Source: Chiloscyllium plagiosum (Eukaryota). From it: a DNA stretch of 64,000 nt. A model generated the notes under the pieces. It saw nothing but the letters and a program-made list of their open reading frames with translations. It was not told the DNA's origin and searched no databases. The translations under genes were made by a program, and so were the position numbers. Below are positions 27,181-40,825 of this stretch, in pieces. The stretch's first letter is position 1. The number at the start of each line of letters is the position of its first letter. The stretch covers positions 45,364,423-45,428,422 of the forward strand of contig NC_057719.1 of NCBI RefSeq assembly GCF_004010195.1, written 5' to 3'.

Positions 27181-28549
27181 ATTGACCAAGTACTAAACTC
27201 TGGGAATTCTACTGTGTAGCTTCCTCCTGTCCAAAAATAAAACTATTCTTCAATTCCCAGGGCACAATTTTACTCTCTCTGGAGGTAGCGAGAAAGGTGG
27301 TGGGAAGGGGAAATAATTGGCCAAGTTGGCCCTGGTGAGAACTTTCTCAGCCTCCACCAACTAAGGCACTTAAATGGTCAATTAATGGTCACTAAGGGCC
27401 TCAACTTGGCACTTTCCTGATAACCAACCTCATTGGTGAATGAGTAAGTTAAACGGTTGAGAAACCATGGTGACTTGCTAGCTAGGTTGGGCAGGGGGGA
27501 ACCTTCAGTGTATAAACAATATTTATATTCTCACTGTGAAATTCTTCAAAGTGTAGGCCTTGATAACAGTCTTTCGGACCCAGAAGCTATTGGTCTATGA
27601 TTGGCTGGTAACTACTGGTGATCTGGTAGGCAGTGTCAAGGACTGTGATTCAGTGAAAAAACACCTGTCAGGTTTTACTGAGGTGATTGGTGAGTAATTT
27701 GAGGAGTCAGTCATCCCTAACATGCTCATGCTGTCACTTTAAAATTAAGGAAAATTCCACTTTCAATTCTCAATTTTATATCCACGTATTTGATTCTGGA
27801 CTGAGATGCTTTTCATTATTAATGATTCCACTTAGGTAAAATATTTCAGAAATATGAACATTGAGTAGGAGAAAAAATGAATGGGTAAATAATTCTAAAG
27901 CATGGTTAAAGGGAAATATTTAAAAATAGTGTTCAATGACACGCAGTGAGGCAGCCAGAAGAGGCATTTTAAGAATGAGTATGAGAAGCTAAGAGCACAG
28001 TAGCTTAAAGAGAAGCTACTAATAATGGGGTCAGAATCACTAGTGTATATGACATTGAAGGAGATCATTTAGCCTGTCATGTCTGCACAGCACTATGTAG
28101 GACCAAATGGCAAGAACCACACTCCCTCCCTTTCTCTGTAATTCTGAACATTCCTCCATTTTAGATAACAATCCCATTCCTTCTTAAATGCCTCAATTGA
28201 ATTTGCCTCTACCATACTCTCAGATAGTGGGATCCTAACCACTCATTGTGTGAAAATGTTTTCCACATGTGGCAATAGCTTCTTTCACCAATTACCTTAA
28301 ATCCATGACTTTTTGTTCTTAATCCTTTCACCAATAGGAAGAATTCATTCCTTACCTAATTTATTGAGACCATTCATGATTTTGAATACTTTTTATCAAA
28401 AGTCCTTTCCTGATCGTCATCATGCAATAAACATCTTCATGACATCTTGTTTAAGACAAGAGCCTCTTGTCATTAGACAATCATGTGGGTTTCCTTGACC
28501 ACACTAGACGAAGTGAATTATCAACCTAATAGGAGGATGGTGGCAGCAA

Positions 28550-29300
28550 ATCAGGCTTATGACCAACAGTTCAGGTAGCTCGTACCTCACAATGAGCAGT
28601 GGTGAGGATGCATCATGCAACATTGTCCATTTTCTTTGTGCCTGTCTTAGAGTTATTGCATGTCTTTATCATTCATGGTGCTACCCCAATGCAGCATCCC
28701 TGGTGCAAAACTACTGACTGTCAGTGGGAAAGACTGCAAATGGACTTGGAGGATTTGTCGAGTATCCTATAGTTAAGCACCACCTTGTGTTGCAAGAGAG
28801 AGGGAAGTGGGTCAGCAAGCATGACATAATACACTCAGGGACATGCCTGTTACATTTAACTGGCTGATAAGTGTGCTCAAGCTATGGAATGTGAGTGTTA
28901 GACATGCAGCAGTGCTATATGTTAGGTGAAGACATGAAAATTAGATATGAAGAGACTTTTCTAAGTAACACAGAGGGATTTCATGTGTGAAGTAGTTATG
29001 TGAGGCTATATTGCCTTTATATGTAAGAAAATATTAAGAATCACACTTGCTTTGGCCACTTTTGAGAGGTCATTCAACATATTGTGGCACTGCATCCAGG
29101 AACATGGGATGACACAGATGGCATTGGCATCTACGCCTGCTTGCGCCCTCTACCTTCTTATCTGTCTTTACAGGGCTTTCTGTATAGTCAGGGACTTGGA
29201 CACCTTGGTGGACAGGCTATGGTCTGTTGTGCCATTTTACGAAGTTTTTATTCTTTTTCCCATTTATAGCTCCTGCTGCAGCCATTACTGACCTCCCTTT
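28550..29300 (-). mobile_element. Possible PIF/Harbinger Myb/SANT-like remnant
   Basis: Minus-strand PCSWMQCHNMLNDLSKVAK (~29050-29110) resembles the R(S/T)W.QC.K.FNDL Myb/SANT motif; weak. Confidence 0.3.
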
Positions 29301-30861
29301 TATAAGGCTTGTTTGTCTTATGTGGTGCTAGGTTTGCAAAGGCTTGGGCCTCTGAAGTGTGCAGACAATCAAAAACACATTCAGCGTTGAGCTATACTCC
29401 ATTATCATCATCACAATCAGTAAATAGCACGACATTTGCAAGTCCTCTGCTTTGCTCTGAACTGGTGAGACAGTACGTTAGAATCTCTGACTTATTTTTG
29501 TAGGTTTTCTAAATTTGTCTAAATTTGTTGAGTATTTAAGAGAATGTTAATGAGAGTTAAAATGCTCTGCAAGCATATAAGTGCACTTTTCTGTTATGTA
29601 GTATATTGTCCTCCCTTCTGCTGAATTGAGATATGAGATTTCAATCAGCACTTCAGACATTATATGCATGTTCCTGAGTACGGATATTGTTTGGTTAGAT
29701 TAACTAAGCAGGAAATGGTAAATGGAAATAATACATTCATTTATATCCTCCCAGTCTGTCAGGCTATTTACCACCATCTGAAGTTGTTATGATCTCATTA
29801 AACCTTGACTAAGTAACTTAATTTTAGTCTTTTATAGGTTGATGGCACTGCTGGCAAAACTAGCATTTATTCCCCACCTCTGACAGCCCTTAAAGTAAAT
29901 GGCTATTCTAAGCTTTCTTGTGACTGATCACCATCTGTACTTTATCTAACTTCCAGTTGTGAGTGATCTCCAAACAGAGTAACTCAATTGTATTATGGTC
30001 CGTTAATATTATGGTGACTTTACCTTTACTGTAACGCATCAGTATTCCACGTGGCTTGACTGGTAGAAAGTAAATGCAATTGCTCTTTGACCTCAGCATT
30101 TTCCCAAAATATTGCATACAATAAACATTTTCTGAATGTTTGCTGATTTTCACTGAAGCCACCTTGCAGACATAGTTAGCACCAATCCAGGTGCTCCTAC
30201 ACTTTCAAACTTCAATAAAAACTTCCTCTATTCTTTTAAACAGAAAGTCAAAAATGTTAAAACAGCCAATGCTAGGGCACTGCACCAAAAGAAAACACAA
30301 ATTAATAGCTTAAACAGAACCTTATATGATGAAATAGAAAGTTACTGAATTAAAATAACAGGCTGATGATGCACCCCAGCCCCTGTGATGCCCACCAGTT
30401 TCTAAAGACCCAAACTGTGCCGGTGAGAACAATGTGTTCCCTCTCCAGGGACATCCAAGCGCAGACATAACCAAGAAAGAAGGCAGACAGTCTGGAACAA
30501 CAAGACCTCTCCACAGCCTACTACCTGTTAATGGCCACCTTGGCCTATTGTGTTTGATTTTGACCACTGGATTTCACAATGGATGACAAGCCTCAGATAG
30601 GATTCAAAGGAGATTTGCCTGAACTATATTGGTGTGAGGTAGTTTAATAATGTGGCAGACATCATTAAATGTCAACCAGGAGCACGCCTACAACAACTTG
30701 TCTGCTCCTCCCTGTATGGGATACCATTGATCAGAAGCATGGGGCTGTGATATGCTGCCAAAATTATAAGGAGCAGCTTCTTCCAAATAAAAACTAATAT
30801 AGAGCTGCAAGTGGAAACAATCTATATGAATAGGAGACACTGTTTCATCCAGGCCATCCTA

Positions 30862-31115
30862 CTGATGTAGGTTTTCTCACTGAGCTGGAAGGTTCATTTC
30901 CAGACGTTTCGTCACCCTACTAGGTAACATCTTCAGTGGGCCTCTGGGCAAAGCACTGCTGATAATTCCTGTTTTCTAAGTGCAGTGCTTCGCCCGGAGG
31001 TGCACTGAGGATGTTACTAGTATGGTAGTGAAACATCTGACAATGAACCTTCCAGCTCAGTGAGCAAATCTACATCCAGAACCTCAACCTGAGCTACAAA
31101 TCTTCTCAAAACCAG
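30862..31115. mobile_element. Palindromic PLE terminal remnant (second family) with two opposed hammerhead motifs
   Basis: Arms atgtaggttttctcactgagctggaaggttcatt / aatgaaccttccagctcagtgagcaaatctacat, plus tail aacctcaacctgagctacaaatcttctcaaaac. Confidence 0.8.
30900..30939 (-). ncRNA. Minimal hammerhead ribozyme motif, intact core and stems I and II
   Basis: Minus strand reads CCA-CUGAAGA-U-GUUACC-uaguag-GGUGAC-GAAAC-GUC-UGG (stem I CCA/UGG, stem II 6 bp including one GU pair). Confidence 0.85.
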
Positions 31116-32674
31116 CTAACCTCTTACTGAGCCTATGATTGCATGGGACTGCTTTGTGCAGCACTCTCCATCCGACATCCTGATGATAAAGGGAAGGAAT
31201 CCTTGGTACAGGGTCCTCCACTGAAGATCTTTGCACCTGGAAGGGAAAACGCCATGCCAAGACAAAATAAAGAGTATACTATGCCCCAGGATTTAAAAAT
31301 TTGATCCAGGGATTTGTTTTCTCTTAATAAGCCTTTATGGCTTAACTTGTGTTGGAAAGCCGTTTCACTTTTAAACTGATCAAGATTTCCCTGTGCTAGT
31401 AAGTTTTGCTGACATTATTTGCAGTGCTAATTCTTCATCAAATTCATCAATATTCTTCGGTCCCAATTTACCTTTGTACTTATCTTCAAGTCATACACTT
31501 TCTTCCGAATTCTTGCTCAATTTATTTGTTTGGCATATTTTTGCACATTGAAGTGTTGTCACCACTCGCTGAAATATATTCTCATCGTACTGAAGCTCAT
31601 AAACACTAAAAACATTTTCTCACTGAAATTGGCTGCTAACAGAGAGCCATTTTTAATCAATATGCCTTATTAATTACACAATGACACATTTTTAGGTGTT
31701 AAATGATTTGTTAATTGTTTTGGAAATGTTAACAGATTATTGGAGCTAAATCAACATATGCTTCAAATGTTTTACTGCCTTTTGAATCTTTGAAAGTGGA
31801 AAAACACGATCATTTTTAAATAGAGATGAATAGGACACAATAGAAAGAAAATTGTGATGCGCATTTAATAAAGCATAATTAAACTTTAACGAGAGTATTG
31901 TGTCTAATGTTGAACATTGAACCTTACAAAGGATGACAACCCTTCAGAAAGGGTTAAAAGAAGATTTATACAAATCATATGAGGTGAGGGAATAAAATAA
32001 TGTTGTAGACTGGAGGGAGATCATTTTAAGATGATTACAGTATTCAACCCCTGGAGCCGCTCCATCATTCAATAGGATCAATAAGTCAACATTCCCCACA
32101 TCCAATTTCCTGCCCTTTCTCTTATAACCTTTGAGTTCCCTACTGTTCAAGATGTTTCTCAGCCTTAAATATCCACAACGATACTGACCCCACAGCTCTC
32201 TGCGGCAGGGAATTCCAAAGAATCACAACACTCTGAAAGAAGAAAGTCCTCTTTATCTCAGTGTTAGAATCGCACCACTTAACTATGAGTGCCTTCCCCA
32301 TGAGGGGAAATACACTACCCCACGTTCAACATTTGTCCTATCAAACCCCCTTAAGAATTCTGTATGTTTCAATGAAAGCAGGAACAGAGTTTAACCTTCT
32401 CTGCCTCAAGGAGGAAAAGAGGTTTGATAGAAGTAGTTGAAGTATATGGGTTCTTTTAGTGGAGGGAAGCACAACCTGTGAGCCCCAATAGGTCGTGAGA
32501 TGAGATTTTGGGGTGATAGGTTCTAAGGCATCAATAACCATTTGTGAAGCTTGGACTAAATGCTTATACCAATGAGAATTCTTGTGTTTTATTTTGAAGG
32601 TGGATACGGCCATCAACATAATTTTGAGACTTGCTTGCTGCTACAAATAGGAAGTGAAATGATAAGTATTTTAA

Positions 32675-33503
32675 TGGGCTGAGGAGTGGCAGATGAAGTT
32701 TAATTTGAATAAATGTGAGGTGCTGCATTTTGGAAAGGCAAATCAAAGCAGGACTTATACACTTTATAGTAAGATCCAGGGGAGTGTTGCTGAACAAAGA
32801 GACCTTGGAGTGCAGGTTCATAGCTCCTTGAAAGTGGAGTCGTAGGTAGATAGGATAGTGAAGATGGCGTTTGGTATGCTTTCCTTTATTGGTCAGAGTA
32901 TTGGGTATAGGAGTTGGGAGGTCATGTTGCGGCTGTACAGGACTTTGGTTAGGCCACTATTGGAATATTGCGTGCAATTCTGGTCTCCTTCCTATCGGAA
33001 GGATGTCATAAAAGAGTTCAGAAAAGATTTACAAGGATGTTGTCAGAGTTGGAGAATTTGAGTTACAGGGAGAGGCTGAATAGGTTGGGGCTGTTTTCCT
33101 TGGGACATCAGAGGCTGAGGGGTCACCTTATAGAGGTTTATAAAATAATGAGGGGCATGGATAAAGTAAATAGACAAAGTTTTTTTCTTTGGGGTGGGGA
33201 GTCCTGAGCTAGAGGGCATAGGTTTATGGTGAAAGGGGGAAATTTAAAAAGGACCTAAGGGGCAACTTTTTCACGCAGACGGTGGTGCATGTATGGAATG
33301 AGCTGCCAGGGGAAGTGGTGAAGGCTGGTACAATTACAATATTTAAAAGGCATCTGAATGGGCATATGAATAGGAAGGATTTAGAAGGATCTGACCCAAG
33401 TGCTGGCAAATGGGACTAGATTAATTTAGGATATCTAGTTGGCATGAATGAGTGGAATGGAGGATTTGTTTCCGTGCTTCACAGCCCTATGACTCTGTGA
33501 CTC
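32675..33503 (+). mobile_element. CR1 3' fragment
   Basis: ORFs 32858 (LYRTLVRPLLEYCVQFWSP) and 32968; tail ctatgactctgtgactct. Confidence 0.92.
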
Positions 33504-36381
33504 TAATTCCAAGTTAAATATCTCTAACCCTGTCCAACTTGCCTGACACTGTCCCTATGAGAAGCAGCTAAAGGTCAGCCCCAATGAGCTCCCACTACAA
33601 CCCCATCCCTCCTTCCCCCCCCTCAAAAAAGATGAACAGCTCTGTTGTTGCAACTTGTTACTTTTCACTCTGGATGCATGCAAAGTCTGAGGTACTAAAA
33701 TTGGGTCACAACAGGAAAATGTTTGGGAAGCACATTATCGTGCAAACAAGGAAGAACTGTTTCTACTGATGACAGGGTCATAATTAGAGGAATTACATTT
33801 GAACTAATTGACTAAAACATTGTCACTTTACAAAGCAAATTATTGGCCCAGAAACTTTATTTCCAACCCTAGTTGAGTTTAAAAAATTACCAATCTACCT
33901 TTTAGATATCTTGTGCGTTGGAGATTCTTGACAGAGGCCTTCTGTTACAAACTCGTCCAGAAATCCACAGATGTGGTAGTGAAGATGATCTTCATAGAAA
34001 CCAAACAACCTTTTGCAGTAGTCAGTCTGCCTTATTTTGTGACTTAAATGTGCAGCAGCACAGACAGCCACTTTAACAGCTCCAGTGAAAGCATACGTAT
34101 TTAAGAAATTAGGCTGGCAGTTGGTTGAGAGGTCAGAAACACAGAAAACAGGAGTAGTAATAGGCTAAGTATTCTCCTTAATTCTATTTGCCAAAGCTAT
34201 CTCATGTCCCCTTTTGCCCTCTTGATTTCCCTCTAAAGTATGCTCCTACGGCTTTTATACTGTTCTAAGGATTCACTCGATCCAGCCTGTCTCTACCTGA
34301 CATAAGCTTCCTTCTTTTTCTTAACTGAACCCTCAATGTCTCTCGTCATCCAGCATTCTCTCTGCCTAGCAGCCTTTTCTTTTGCCCAAACAGGAATATA
34401 TTGTCTCTGGACTCTCATTACCTCATTTCTGAAGGCTTTCCATTTTACAGCCGTCCCTTTATCTGTGAACATCTGGCCCCAATCAGCTTTTGAAAGTTCT
34501 TGCCTAATACCGTCAAAATTGGCCTTTCTCCAATTTAGAACTTCAACTTTTAGATCTGGTCTATCTTTTTCCATCACTATTTTAAAACTAATAGAATTAT
34601 GGTCGCTGACCCCAAAGTGCTCCCACACAGACACTGCAGTCACCTGCCCTGCGTTATTTCCCAAGAGTAGATCAAGTTTTGCACCTTCTCTAGTAGGTAC
34701 ATCCACATACTGAATCAGAAAATTTTCTTATATATGCTTAACAAATTCCACTCCATCTAAACCCTTAACACTATGGCAGTCTCAGTCTATGTTTGGAAAG
34801 TTAAAATCCCCTCCCATAGCCACCCTATTATTCTCAATTTCCCTGACTATTAGGGGGTCTATAATACAATTCCAATAACGTGCCCATCCTCTTCTTATTT
34901 CTCAGTTCCACCCAAATAACTCCCCGGATGTATTTCCTCCCTCAGCACAGCTGTAATGCTATCCCTTATCAAAAACGCCACTCCCCCTCCCCTCATGCCC
35001 CCCTTTCTGTCCTTCCTGTAGCATTTGTAGCATCCTGGAACATTAAGCTGCCATTCCTGCCCATCCCTGAGCCACATTTCTATAATTGCTATAATATCCC
35101 AGTCCCATGTTCCTAACCATGCCCTGAGTTCATCTGCCTTCCCAATTAGGCCTCTTACATTGAAGTAAATGCAGTTTAATTTATCAGTCCTACCTTATTC
35201 TCTGCTTTGTCCCTGTCTACCCTGACTGTTTGACTCACTTCTTTTCTCAACTGTACCAGTCTCAGATTGATCTCTTTCCTCACTATCTCCCTGGGTCCCG
35301 CCCATCCACCTTAACTAGTTTAAATCCTCCCGAACAGCCCCAACAAATCTTCCTGGCAGTATATTAGTCCCCTTCCAATCCCCATCCATCTTGTACAGGT
35401 CACTTCTACCCCAGAAAGAGATCCCAATGATCCAAAAATATGAATCCTTGTCCCATACACCAGCTCCTCAGCCAAGCATTCATCTGCTCTAATTTCCAAT
35501 TCCTACTTTCACTAGCTCATAGCACTGGGAGTAATCCAGATATTACTACTCTTGAGGACCTACTTTTTAAATTCCTGCCTAACTCTCTGTGTTCTCCCTT
35601 CAGAATCACAACCTTTTCCCTTGCTATGTTGTTGGTTCCAATGTGTACAATGAGCCCCTGCTGGTCCCTCTCCCCCTTGAGAACATTCTGCGCCCTCTCT
35701 GAGACATCCTTGATCCTGGCACCAGGAAAGCATAACACCATTCTGATTTTTCGCTGCTGGCCACAGAAACGTCTGTCTGTGCCTCAAACTAGAGAGTCCC
35801 CTAACACATTCTTTTGGAACCCAACATATCCCTCACTTCATTAGAGCCAGTCTCAATGCCAGAAACTTGGCTGTTCGTGCGGCATTCCCCTAAGAATCCA
35901 TCATCCCCTGTATTTTCAAAAACAATATACTTATTTGAATTGGGGATAGCCACAGAAGACTCCTGCACCAGCTGCCTGCCTCTCTTATCTTTCCTGTAGT
36001 TAACCCATCTATGTGACTGTATCTGCGACTTTTCCCCGTTCCTATAACTGCCATCCATCACACCTCCTTGCTCTTGTAAATTCCTCACTGCCTCTACTTG
36101 TCATTCCAACCATTCCATTCGATCTGATAGGATTCACAACCAATGGCATTTATTGCAGATATAATCCTCAGTAACGCGTAAACTCTGCCTAAACTCCGAC
36201 ATCCAACAAGAAGAGCATTGGCCATTTTTGCTTCTTCCAATCTGCAGAGCCAGAAAATAGCACCATCTTATTCCTCGATAAAACACTGCTCCAGGCTAAC
36301 TTAATACTTATGGCTTAATATTTTTAATTCTAATTAAGAGACTTGCCTCAATAAAACATAGAATCAAGAAAGAACCCACTC

Positions 36382-38494
36382 CAGAGGTGGGGAACCTTTT
36401 CATGTTGGAAGGCCATATTATGTTAATTGTAATCTAATAAAGCCACAATAAAAAAACAAAAGTTAATTCTAAAGTTAACTAACCTTTTAATGACTTTGTT
36501 GTGACTGCTTTTTGTAGGAAAGCATTTGAATATTTGGTTGCAGCATGGAGGTCTGCAGTTTTAGCTGATCCTCTAGATGGGTGTCAGTCATTTGTGACCT
36601 GAAGGGTGTCTTGATTTTGGTTAAGTAGGAGAATGTAGATTCGCATCAATAACTTGAAAAGCAAGAAAGCATTTTTGTGCAAGGTGCCGAAGGCATGGGT
36701 ATTCTACTGCATTTTTCCATATTACAATCGGTTCTTTCTTAGCGCCAAAAAAGGACTTCAAAATGTCATCTTCTGAGAGCTCAATCAATTCCATCTGTAG
36801 TTCTTTAGGAGTCTTGGAGACATCAACTAGGTGAGGTTGAAATGCCAATTTGAGTGTGATGTCATGATTCTCAAAGTCAGAGAATCTTTCATTGTATTCT
36901 CCAATTAATAAATCTATAACAGCTGCGTATTCTTCAAATTATTCGCAAGAATCCTCCTGTTCTTCTTTGCTAACTGGGGAAAATGTTCATCCGAAATTTC
37001 CTTTTGAAGAAGAGTTTTGAAAAAAGATAGCTTTTTTCGAAATGCTTGGATTTCTTGCCACATACCGAATATAGACCTAGTTTTACCTTGCAAAGAAATA
37101 TTCAAGTCATTTTGCTTTGACATGATATCACTCAGAAATCTATAGAAATCTTCTTTCACTAATTCGCATTGCTGACTCTGTTCTTCATAAAATTTAATTA
37201 TCTGTTCTCGCAAAGATAAAATTTGTGCTAACACCTGTCCCTGTGGTAGCCAATGCACTTTCGAATGATACTGCAAATCCACACTGAATACCTCATCATC
37301 CAACTTTGGCGTGTTACGAAACTGATGATGCCGTGTTGCATTTGCATGAATGTAGTTAACAATACTTATAACTTATTGCAAAGTGTCACTTAAAATAGTA
37401 GATTTAGCACAGAGATTTTGCTGATCTAAGATACAATGAAAAGAAATGAGAGCATCTGGATCTGGTAATACATTTTTTATCTGTGCAATAAACCCGGCAT
37501 GTTTTCCTGTCATGGAAGGTGCACCGTCTGTACATACACTCACTAAATTAACCAAATTCAATTTAAATTCACAACATTTGTCTTGAAAGTTTGTGAAGAT
37601 ATCTATTCCTCGTGTTCCACCTGTTAAGAGTGTCCAAAGCCAGTAACTCTTCGTAGCAAACAAAATCTTCTGTTATGGCCCGAATGAAGTATAAAACCTG
37701 CGCTGAGTCAGTAGTACCAGTTGATTCATCCAAAGCGATTGAATATTATGTATTTTCCTTTTGGAGTATTTGTTGGAGTTGTTCTGTTACGTTGAGGGCT
37801 AATTCATGCTGCCGATCAGTTACAGTTCTCCTTGAAAGAGGTAGTTGTTTGTACTTTGGAACATTATCGAGGTCTAAGCACCCTACAACTTCGACAATAC
37901 ATTCTTTTTCCACATCACTGAAAGGCTTCCCCCTTTTCCCAAGTATATAAGCTACTTTATATGTTGCTTCAGTGGCATTTTCTTCCTTCAGCGTTCTCTT
38001 GGTCTTCTTTGACATGATGGGTTGTTAAGTGACAAAATTTTTTTAAAATGTTGATATTGTTAGACTGTGTAACTATTCTCAAATTTCACTTCAAATGGAA
38101 AGCCACGTGCACTGTTGTCATAAGTTGATAAACACTGGCATACTGGATACCCACAGGCTCTCGCCAACCAGCCTCGGGCGGTAGTGGAGCCAGTCAGGCG
38201 GGGAAGATAACGTACATTCTAGAGTCGCATTATAACTAAATCATGAGCATAGCAGGTGTCGAAATAGCCCTTATGACTTACCAATTTTTTAATTGTGGCA
38301 GTCAGTCTGTGAGGATTATTTCGCTGAATTTTCTTTTACTCTCTGGTATTTTAAATACATTCATTTTAAGATTAAAATAAAAATAATAAAGGACAAAAAA
38401 ATTAAAAGAAAATAAAAGATTTGTTCTGCAAAATTTGGATTCATTCAAAAGGCCACTCACAATGGCCTAGAAGGCCGCAGGTTCCCCACCCCTG
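36382..38494 (-). mobile_element. hAT DNA transposon (Charlie/SPIN-like group) with TIRs and 8-bp TSD
   Basis: Left TIR cagaggtggggaacct (36382); right TIR aggttccccacccctg (ends 38494); perfect TSD acccactc at 36374-36381 and 38495-38502. Confidence 0.95.
36560..38015 (-). pseudogene. Frameshifted hAT transposase (GTF2IRD2/EPM2AIP1/SPIN-like)
   Basis: ORFs 37746 (KRGKPFSD..LSRRTV), ALDEST (~37720-37738), 37373 (CTDGAPSMTGK..HCILDQQNLCAK), 36914 (LQYHSKVHWL..NDLNISLQGK), 36621 (LQMELIEL..YPCL, dimerisation domain). Confidence 0.9.
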
Positions 38495-39499
38495 ACCCAC
38501 TCTATTCACTGCTGCAAACTTACAGCAAGGCCCCAAGGTCACACTTAAAACTATTCACTTATCTCTGTCTGTGTTGTGACCTCTCCCAAACAGGTTCCTC
38601 CAAAATCAGTTGTGAATTTCACTGTTTGTTAATTTTCCCAGATGCACTCCGATGTCCAATGATACATGGATTCAAACAGCAAAAGCAGTAAGTGTGCAGG
38701 TTCACTGCTGTATCAATTAGCAGTGTGGGTTTCTCTCTCTCCCTCTCTCTCTCTCCTGCACAGACCATTTGCTGCCTTTGTCTGTTCCTCTCTCTTTTAA
38801 AAGTGCAGTTGTTTTGACTTTATTTTTTCTTCCAAAGTTCCAAAACAATGCAACATCATATAAAACAGTAATTGCTGCTCCTGGAATTCGAGGAAATCAC
38901 CTCCAACACCTAAAATACCTCAAAAAAAGAGCAGACTGTTCCAGCCAGAAATTTTTCCCATCCTCCATCTTGGATTTCCTATTTTAATTTTATGCCAGAT
39001 TAGGAAGAAAAGCTTTTGCAGTTCATCCATTAATTCTTTAAATGTTTGTCATTGCCTATGTCCCGCCAAATAACAACGCCCATTTGTCATTGGAAGCTCA
39101 TGTCGCAAACCATCAGAAGTTTCTTTATTTAAATTCAGGACCCTTCTCTCAAAAATGGGCACTAGGTGGATGATAGTTTAGAGTTCCAAGTGGATGGGGT
39201 GGGTAGCACTAGATTTTTGAGTGAAGTGTGTGTTGGGTAGGGTGAGAGGTGGGTGGGGTGCCAGGTGAGTGAGGTAGGGAGGTGGTGTGTCTGTTTAACA
39301 GTTAGGCAAGAGTTAGGGTAGGTTTTTAATTCCCTAACATTTCCTAGGAAACTATTGAGAATAATTGTGTCGGAACCTTCTGAAGTTTCCGACTTTAAGG
39401 GGCTGTTTCAGAGCATTCAGGGGAATTATCTACTGAAGTTTCACCTTCCTGAACAGTTTTCACAGAATGTAAGGGATTTTCATGATCCCTTTGCATAGC

Positions 39500-39800
39500 T
39501 AGGGTGCCACGGTGGCTCAGTGGTTAGCAACTGCTGCCTCACAGCACCAGGGTCCCAGGTTCAATTCCAGCCTCAGGCAACTGTGTGGGGTTTGCACATT
39601 CTCCCTGTGTCTGCGTGGGTTTGCTCCGGTTTCCTCCCACGGTCACAAAGATGTGCAGGTTAGGTGAATTGGCCATGCTAAATTGCCCATAATATTAGGT
39701 GCATTAGTCAGAGGGGTCTGGGTGTGTTACTCTTCGAAGGGTTGCTGTGGACTGGTTGGGCTGAAGGGCTTGTTTCCACACTGTAGGGAATCTAATCTAA
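39500..39800 (+). mobile_element. HE1-like tRNA-derived SINE
   Basis: acggtggctcagtggttagc..ggttcaattcc..tgtttccacactgtagggaatctaatctaa. Confidence 0.9.
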
Positions 39801-40059
39801 AAGCTCCAGTCTACACTGCCCCATTGACCATTTGGCTTTTGGAATATCTGGACCATTGTGATCTGAATTGCACTACCTTACTTTCAAAATGGAATGAATA
39901 AATAGTTGAAAGTGAGAAATGTGAAAAACTGGGGAAAAAGCAGGTGAATGAAACTAACTGAATAGTTCTTTCACCTGCACGAATGAGCTTCAGTCTCCTT
40001 TTGCCTTCTATGTTCTGTAACCCTGAGGTTTGATAGTTACCTTGAGATTAACATGTTAC

Positions 40060-40825
40060 AGAGTCACAGAGGTCCAACTTGTCCATGCCAACCAAGTGTT
40101 CTACATTAATCTGATCCCATTTGCCAGCATTTGACACATTTCTCTCTAAACTCTTCCTATTTGTATATCCTTCCAGCTAACTTTTAAATATTATAATGTA
40201 CAGTCTCCACATGTTCTTCTGGCAGTTTATTCCATACATACATCACCCTCTGTGTGAAAATGTTGCCCCTGTGTCCCTTTTAAAAGTTTCCGCTCTCACC
40301 TTAAACCTATGCCCTCTAGTTTTAGACTCTGCTACCCTGGGGAAAATGTCTTGCTTATTCACCCTATCCATGTCCCTCATGATTTTATAATCTTTATTAA
40401 AGTCACCTCTCAGCTGTCAGGGAGAGCCCCAACCTATTCAGCTTCTCCCTGTAGCTGAAACTCTTCAACCCTGGCAACATACTTGTAGATCTTTTCTGAA
40501 CATTTTAAAGTTCCACAACATCCTTCCTTCTTGTAGCAGGGAGATCCGAATCAAATGCAGTATTCCAAAAGTGGCCTAACCAATGTCCTGTACAGCCATA
40601 ACATGACTTCGTAATTCCTACACTCAATGCACTGACCAATAAAGGCAAGCTTAACCAAATCCCTTCTTCACTATTCTGTCTATCTGCGACTCCACTTTCA
40701 GGGAACTATGAACCTGCACTCCCAAGGTCTCTTTGTTCAGCAACAGTGCCCAGTATCTTACCATTAAGTGTATAAATCCTGCCCTGATTTGCCTTTCCAA
40801 AATATAGCACCTCACATTTATCTAG
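40060..40825 (-). mobile_element. CR1 3' fragment
   Basis: Reverse complement homologous to 46140-46900 and 32700-33450. Confidence 0.9.

Larger units (their letters stand above)
34170..38980 (-). mobile_element. CR1 LINE 5' half (5'UTR, ORF1 Zn-finger/esterase, APE endonuclease), lacking RT, interrupted by a hAT transposon
   Basis: ORF 35517..35741 CFPGARIKDV..IVHIGTNNI..SGLLPV (esterase); 34895 RKDRKGGMRGGGVA; 34293 PTREGAKLDLLL..SDHNSI; putative 5' end near aggaaatccaagatggagg (minus, ~38962-38981). Confidence 0.9.

Noticed and set aside
36560..38015. Domesticated host gene such as GTF2IRD2 or EPM2AIP1
   Set aside because: Multiple frameshifts plus flanking TIRs and TSD show an ordinary dead transposon
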